Origin: Candidatus Micrarchaeota archaeon
GTDB taxonomy: Archaea; Micrarchaeota; Micrarchaeia; Anstonellales; Bilamarchaeaceae
Length of the DNA stretch: 17,203 bases
Direction of reading: 5' to 3'
Assembly (NCBI GenBank): GCA_040754495.1
Contig: JBFMCO010000068.1
Span: 1 to 17,203, forward strand
Shown here: piece by piece, positions 12,828 through 17,203 of the stretch
How positions within the stretch are numbered: position 1 is the stretch's first letter
How the letters are laid out: every line of letters begins with the position of its first letter
The notes under the pieces: model-generated
Seen by the model: the letters and a program-made list of their open reading frames with translations, nothing else
The model's database searches: none
Told to the model about the DNA's origin: nothing
Position numbers and translations under genes: made by a program

Positions 12828-14348
12828 TTATTCGTTGTTGTGCTCATACCCAAGCCTTCCCCATCTTTTCTTGAGCTTATCAAGGACCTCGGGGTTTCTG
12901 ATTAGACCGTCGTAAATTTCCTTGAATTCCTGGAGTGTTTTTGCAGACTCCAATGCGATAAGCACGGCGCATGCCTTGAATATATGGTAAACTACACCGG
13001 CAAGCTTACCTTGAGACCTTGCAAAGCGATATGCAGGACTAGAAGAGTTAATTGCCAATGCCTTGCGTTTCTTATCATAGGTTGCCTCAGGTTCAAGAAT
13101 TCCAAGTTCGCTTATCTCTATTTTCAGATCGCCCGCTGATAAAAGCTTAAATAGGCCGGGTGTTGAGACTTCCGTACTTTCTTTTTTCCGTGTTTGCTCT
13201 TCGTGCCTCGGGCTTGGCAGATTATTTTCTTTAATTGGCCTTTGCTCGGTCCTTATCGACAAAGATGTCTTCGTTGCAGCAACGGCCAGCGCCTCCGATA
13301 TGGCAGATGGTATGACCTTCTTTTCCACGGTATCTCTTGCTTTCTCGTATTTTTCGTATTCCAGATCGGAAAGTCTATTCAATTCTTTCTTGAGCCAGTT
13401 CATAAAAGAGATATACTTTGGGTGTGTCACGATAAATCCAGCCCGGTTTGTTTGGAGAGCATCATTAAGCCCATTGACGTTTATGTCGGCGTATATCTTT
13501 CGGTTAAACTGTCGTGCATGGTTCAAATTGGCAAAGTTGACAATGGTATGAGGACTGTCCAAATTAACCAACCTTTCAAATACCCTGATGAAAACCCCGA
13601 ACTCCCCTCCCTTTTCGCTATGCTTGAAGATGACCGTGCCATTTATGTCCCCTAAATCCGGAATGTTACCTCGTATCAGGTGCACATTGCCATGGATGAC
13701 GTCCTTAGAGGCAAGTGTAATTGGATGTCCTAGGCCCATGCCGCTTAGGATGATTTGAAAGTCCTTTGTTAGGGGCATTGTTTGCATCAAATGCCGCTTT
13801 ATTTTGATCGCATCGATTTTTTCCTTAAGATTCCGAAGCGTGATCTTTGTACCGCTTCCTTTGCGCTCTGTAAGTTCCGTAATCACGGAGAGCTCGAACG
13901 TATCTATGAATTCTTCTCTTTCGAATTCTTCAAAATCAAACGAGGCCCTAGAGAGTTTTCCGGCTCGCCATGTTTCTATGTCGAAAGATTTGCATATCTG
14001 GTATAACGAGAGTTTTCCAATACCGAACTTGCCAATTATGTACCTCTTAACTCCCTTGAACGATCTCACTGGAACATCGACTTTGCCAGTGTGCGAGATA
14101 TAAAAGAACTTTACCAAGCCATCGCGATCCATCCCCTCTCCATCATCCTCGATTGTGATCTGGATGTCCTGGACATCGAGCTTAACTGTTGTCGCAAGCG
14201 CGTCGCGTGAGTTTGCCACTAGTTCGTCAAAGATGATAAGGGGGTTTGGGTAGAATGTGGTGCTCAGCTGTTTTATGATTCTAGTTCCGACCCTGACTTT
14301 GTTGCCAGAAGAGGCAGGAATCACACTAATCGATTCGTCCGCTTGCAT
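12828..14348 (-). CDS. GHKL (HSP90/MutL/prokaryotic MORC-like) ATPase
   Basis: Bergerat motifs FDELVANSRDA, IEDDGEGM, IGKFGIGKLS and GTKITL. An S5-like middle region (GVFIRVFERLV), a helical linker and a C-terminal INSSSPAY region follow. Confidence 0.88.
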   Translation of the reverse strand: MQADESISVIPASSGNKVRVGTRIIKQLSTTFYPNPLIIFDELVANSRDALATTVKLDVQDIQITIEDDGEGMDRDGLVKFFYISHTGKVDVPVRSFKGVKRYIIGKFGIGKLSLYQICKSFDIETWRAGKLSRASFDFEEFEREEFIDTFELSVITELTERKGSGTKITLRNLKEKIDAIKIKRHLMQTMPLTKDFQIILSGMGLGHPITLASKDVIHGNVHLIRGNIPDLGDINGTVIFKHSEKGGEFGVFIRVFERLVNLDSPHTIVNFANLNHARQFNRKIYADINVNGLNDALQTNRAGFIVTHPKYISFMNWLKKELNRLSDLEYEKYEKARDTVEKKVIPSAISEALAVAATKTSLSIRTEQRPIKENNLPSPRHEEQTRKKESTEVSTPGLFKLLSAGDLKIEISELGILEPEATYDKKRKALAINSSSPAYRFARSQGKLAGVVYHIFKACAVLIALESAKTLQEFKEIYDGLIRNPEVLDKLKKRWGRLGYEHNNE

Positions 14349-14638
14349 TTCCCATCAGCCCGCGGGGGGCGGGTAAGTTTAAAAACCTAAAAATGGATAG
14401 TATATCATCGACGAAGTCGGATGTTACCTGGCAGAGCCGGTCGGCCCTGTCGGGCCATCATCTATTTTTTGTACATAATGCGTACAAAGTACGCGGCTCT
14501 GCGTGCCGAGCACACAGGCTACATCGACTTGTTCATCGATATACTGTCCTATTTAGCCTGTAACTAAAACAATTTAAAAAGCTTCCCGCGGGCTGGCCCC
14601 GTATCAGTTCCCACGGTAAGCCCATGCAAAAGTAATAT

Positions 14639-15709
14639 TTAAACTTTTCGGTTCAGCAGTTCCAAAAGCCACTGCCCAACCCCCTTCGCTACGAAGGGAG
14701 GGACGGCGTTCCCAACCTGTGTATACTGAGGACAACTGACCACCCTTTGCTTCCCGCCAGTTGTTCTCGGCCCTAAGAATACGTAGGAGTCGCTAAAGGA
14801 TTGCAACCGCGCCATTTCGCGGACAGTCAATATCCGAGGCAGTGAATAGTGCACATAATCATCGGGCAACGTCGTGACTGTTGGCGCGGGTTCGGATTCG
14901 GCCAGGCGGTAGAGATAACGCTTCTTTGTATCCCCTCCGTTAGGCAGGTTTCTTAGACTCCAGCCCGGGGCAAGACTGGAAAATCTTTTGGCGACCCTTT
15001 TTGAATGCATTGCAGTCGTATGGTTCGATAGCGATTTCATAAGCCCCCTCATGGTTGTCTGATACACTGATCGAGGCGGCAACGCATATTTCGATGAGGA
15101 TTCTCCTGATCTCAGGAATGACAAATCTCCGATAGCTTCAGCCACCGACACCCTTCGCATTTGTTCTTGTTTGAAACTATTGATATCGACGTCACGAAGT
15201 TTTGATCCAAGGATAAAGACCCTCTCCCTTCTCTGTGGGACGCCAAAGTCAGTTGCATTAATCACCCGCCAGGAAACTTTGTAGCCCGCACCTTCCAAAC
15301 TTTCAGTTATGGCACGCAGGAACCACCCCTTTTTCATAGTAAGGATTCCGCGGACATTTTCAATGAGGACAAAAGTGGGACGAACTTTTCTTGCAAGCCG
15401 GACAACCTCCTTGAAAAGATAGTTGCGGCGGTCTTTTTGTTTTCTTTGACCTGCATGAGAGAATCCCTGGCAGGGAAGCCCAGCAAAGAGAAGATGAACC
15501 TTCCCCCCAGCTGCGTCCAGTATTTCCTCAGCTGCGAGTTTGCGGACGTCCTTTTCAATCAGGATAGTCTCGGGGTGGTTTGCCTTGTAAGTCAAGGCAG
15601 CGTGGGGGTTGATTTCATTTGCAACTTTAACGACAAATCCAGCCTGTTTCAGGCCGTCACTTGCCCCCCCGGCACCCGCAAAAATGTCAACTGCAACTAA
15701 CTCTTCCAT
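14639..15709 (-). CDS. DNA (cytosine-5)-methyltransferase
   Basis: Motif I DIFAGAGG, IV GLPCQGFS, VI ENVRG, VIII QRRERVFI, IX RILTVREMARLQSF and X QVGNAVPP. Confidence 0.97.
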   Translation of the reverse strand: MEELVAVDIFAGAGGASDGLKQAGFVVKVANEINPHAALTYKANHPETILIEKDVRKLAAEEILDAAGGKVHLLFAGLPCQGFSHAGQRKQKDRRNYLFKEVVRLARKVRPTFVLIENVRGILTMKKGWFLRAITESLEGAGYKVSWRVINATDFGVPQRRERVFILGSKLRDVDINSFKQEQMRRVSVAEAIGDLSFLRSGESSSKYALPPRSVYQTTMRGLMKSLSNHTTAMHSKRVAKRFSSLAPGWSLRNLPNGGDTKKRYLYRLAESEPAPTVTTLPDDYVHYSLPRILTVREMARLQSFSDSYVFLGPRTTGGKQRVVSCPQYTQVGNAVPPFVAKGVGQWLLELLNRKV

Positions 15710-15712
15710 GTG

Positions 15713-15859
15713 CTACGCCCTTCTGTATTTTAACATCTTACCAAGCTGCCGTACGATCTCTTTCAAGGCTTCGCCCTTGCTAGTAATCGAATTGTCAGCC
15801 ATAAAGCGCTTGACGATCCACGTCTCATGCTTGTCAAGGTCTATCAGGGTCTTGGTCAT
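15713..15859 (-). CDS. 48-aa ribbon-helix-helix (DUF2683/VapB-like) putative regulator, not in the ORF track
   Basis: Hand translation MTKTLIDLDKHETWIVKRFMADNSITSKGEALKEIVRQLGKMLKYRRA*. Alternating beta strand followed by two helices with SKxEAL. Its stop lies 3 nt before the MTase ATG. Confidence 0.7.
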   Translation of the reverse strand: MTKTLIDLDKHETWIVKRFMADNSITSKGEALKEIVRQLGKMLKYRRA

Positions 15860-15868
15860 TTTATCGCC

Positions 15869-15908
15869 ATATTACATACTATAACATAATATTACAAAAG
15901 ATAATATT
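15869..15908. promoter_or_regulatory. Putative operator/promoter of the RHH-MTase operon
   Basis: ATATTACA direct repeats at 15869-15876 and 15889-15896 (20-bp period) flank a TATA-like TTATAG on the minus strand. ATAATATT also occurs twice. Confidence 0.55.
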
Positions 15909-16321
15909 TAATTATATGCATTCAACGCACGTTTAATCTTTTTTATACATCGAGTCAAGTTCTTTGTAACCTCGTGTTCCCAGAGGCGAAGTATCGTCCA
16001 GCCCTTCTTCCTAAGAAGCGCCCTCTGCCTTTTATCTCGGCGCATGTTTTGTTCAATCTTCCTCCGCCAGAATGAATTCAGTTTGGCCTTCCTTTTTGCA
16101 TAATCCCAGCCGTGCCAAAAGTCGCCGTCTACGAAGACAAGTATTTTCCTTCCATCTGATGAAACCAAAAAGTCGGGATTGCCCATGCCTCGGGGGTGTT
16201 TCCGGTAGGGGATTTTGGATTTACGTAAAGCCTTGGCAAGCAGAAGCTCGATCTTCGTATTCTTTCCTCGTATTCTGGACATGACCCAGCTTCTTTTTTC
16301 TTTACTGAAGACATCAGCCAT
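15908..16321 (-). CDS. vsr: Very short patch repair endonuclease
   Basis: MADVFSKEKRSWVMSRIRGKNTKIE, PDF, FVDGDFWHG, FWRRKIEQNMRRD and GWTILRLWEHEV. ATG 16321 follows GGGGTG; the ORF track starts at TTG 16336. Confidence 0.95.
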   Translation of the reverse strand: MADVFSKEKRSWVMSRIRGKNTKIELLLAKALRKSKIPYRKHPRGMGNPDFLVSSDGRKILVFVDGDFWHGWDYAKRKAKLNSFWRRKIEQNMRRDKRQRALLRKKGWTILRLWEHEVTKNLTRCIKKIKRALNAYN

Positions 16322-16475
16322 TACAGCACCCCGCAATTATGCCATATTTGAAATACACGCGGCAAACTTCTTTTAAGAAACGTATTAGTTGTTGACTTTT
16401 TCGTGCAATATGTTGTATAAATGAATAAATCGTCTTGAGCTAATTGTATACACCATCTCAAAATGGGGTGGTGAA

Positions 16476-16781
16476 TTGAATCTCAAGAGTATAACTATGC
16501 TCCTCCTTGTCGGAGGAATGGCTTTTGCCGAGTTCAGCATACCATCGGACCAGCCGATCTGCAACCTGTACGGCCTGCTTAAGACATTCGGTACGGTCGT
16601 AGGTATCATCGTAGCGGCCTACTCGGGCTTCATGCTGGCAAGCGTTACGGACCTTAAGGAGAGGAACGATGCCAAGGCCCTCCTGGGAGGCGTGGCTGTA
16701 GGTCTAATCGTAATCTGGATCGCTCCTTTGGTCATAACGAACCTGGTAGGAGCTGAGAGCGTCTGCGGGTGGACCTCCTGA
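16476..16781 (+). CDS. VirB2/TrbC-like pilin with signal peptide
   Basis: Signal peptide ending AFA, then two TM helices separated by a charged loop (SVTDLKERNDAKALL). Cys near both ends of the mature chain. SD GGGGTGGTGA. Confidence 0.7.
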   Translation: MNLKSITMLLLVGGMAFAEFSIPSDQPICNLYGLLKTFGTVVGIIVAAYSGFMLASVTDLKERNDAKALLGGVAVGLIVIWIAPLVITNLVGAESVCGWTS

Positions 16782-17002
16782 TCGATTTAACGGGCGTAGC
16801 TTCGGCCATAAAATCGATAGCGGTCTTCTTTTCCGTTCTCATCCTTAGCTATGCCGGTATCGTGCTGATTAGCAGCAATGACCCGGCTTCAAGGAGTGAG
16901 TGGAAGGAGATCACTAAGGGAGTACTTATTGGGCTTTCGGTACTTTTCCTAGGCCCGGTCATCTCCTCTGCGCTTACAGGGGGTGGTTACTGTAGCCCTT
17001 AA
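16769..17002 (+). CDS. Second VirB2/TrbC-like pilin-type membrane protein
   Basis: Same TM-loop-TM pattern (YAGIVLISSNDPASRSEWKEITKGVLIGL). Overlaps the first pilin gene. Confidence 0.62.
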   Translation: MDLLIDLTGVASAIKSIAVFFSVLILSYAGIVLISSNDPASRSEWKEITKGVLIGLSVLFLGPVISSALTGGGYCSP

Positions 17003-17078
17003 GCTGGTTCTTCTCACCGTTGTCTTACTTTCAGCCTCGTTTGCCTACAAGTACCATGATTACGTCAAAGAGAGCAAT
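16983..17078 (+). pseudogene. 5' end of a secreted-protein gene interrupted by the IS3 insertion
   Basis: GTG-start frame MVTVALKLVLLTVVLLSASFAYKYHDYVKESN (signal peptide ending SFA) overlaps the pilin 2 end, runs into the IS end at 17079 and stops at 17106-17108 inside the IS. Confidence 0.55.
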
Positions 17079-17203
17079 TGGACTGCACCCCTAAAAGTGG
17101 ACAATTAGAAAAGACTCATCCCACTATTGAAAAGGGGTGCAAAAATGAAATTGAAGCGCAGGTTCACGAGAGAATTCAAGCTGGCAGTAGTACGGGAGCT
17201 GCA
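17079..17203 (+). mobile_element. IS3-family insertion sequence, left end (IRL + start of orfA)
   Basis: The terminus TGGACTGCACCCCTAAAAGTGGACA (17079-17103) begins with TG and resembles IS3-family IRs. It is followed by an IS3-type OrfA. Confidence 0.8.
17145..17203 (+). CDS. IS3-family transposase OrfA, N-terminal HTH, 3'-truncated by window edge
   Basis: MKLKRRFTREFKLAVVREL matches the OrfA RRx(F/Y)(T/S)xEFKxxAV pattern. SD AGGGGTG upstream. Confidence 0.85.
   Translation, partial: MKLKRRFTREFKLAVVREL

Larger units (their letters stand above)
10750..17203. mobile_element. Putative genomic island (defence/accessory), right end outside the window
   Basis: GC drop by hand counts: lines 2041 and 6061 have 43/60 and 37/60 GC, while lines 11221 and 13321 have 24/60 and 23/60. 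Cargo is MTase, Vsr, GHKL ATPase, Fic, pilins and an IS. Boundary repeats present. No integrase seen in the window. Confidence 0.7.

Noticed and set aside
1-17203. CRISPR array, rRNA or integrase gene
   Set aside because: No regularly spaced repeat-spacer units, rRNA-like tract or recombinase motifs were seen. The TGTGACTAC and ~98-bp repeats have too few copies and the wrong spacing for CRISPR.

Overview
Archaeal window, probably DPANN/Micrarchaeota-like. This is an inference from GGAGGTGA Shine-Dalgarno sites, TATA boxes about 25 bp upstream of leaderless starts, and the gene content. It has two parts. The GC-rich left part (1 to ~10700) holds a redox/metal cluster: PCYCGC protein, CcdA-like transporter, stand-alone ATP-cone protein, a minimal two-subunit group 3-type [NiFe]-hydrogenase, its maturation protease, an FNR-like flavoprotein, a NiCoT/UreH-type Ni permease, ArsR, a membrane-fused DsbA-like protein and a SufS-type desulfurase. 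These are followed by a thioesterase, archaemetzincin, VOC and HIT proteins and a lipoprotein. The AT-richer right part (~10750 to the end) looks like an island: uridine-kinase-like gene, Fic, MORC-like GHKL ATPase, C5 DNA methyltransferase, an unannotated 48-aa RHH protein, Vsr, two VirB2/TrbC-like pilins and the left end of an IS3-family element. The most unusual signals are non-coding. One is a ~98-bp block-conserved direct repeat with paired TGCA-N6-TGCA palindromes plus a TATA box, bracketing the kinase-Fic segment. The other is four TGTGACTAC motifs placed at both ends of the Fic gene.
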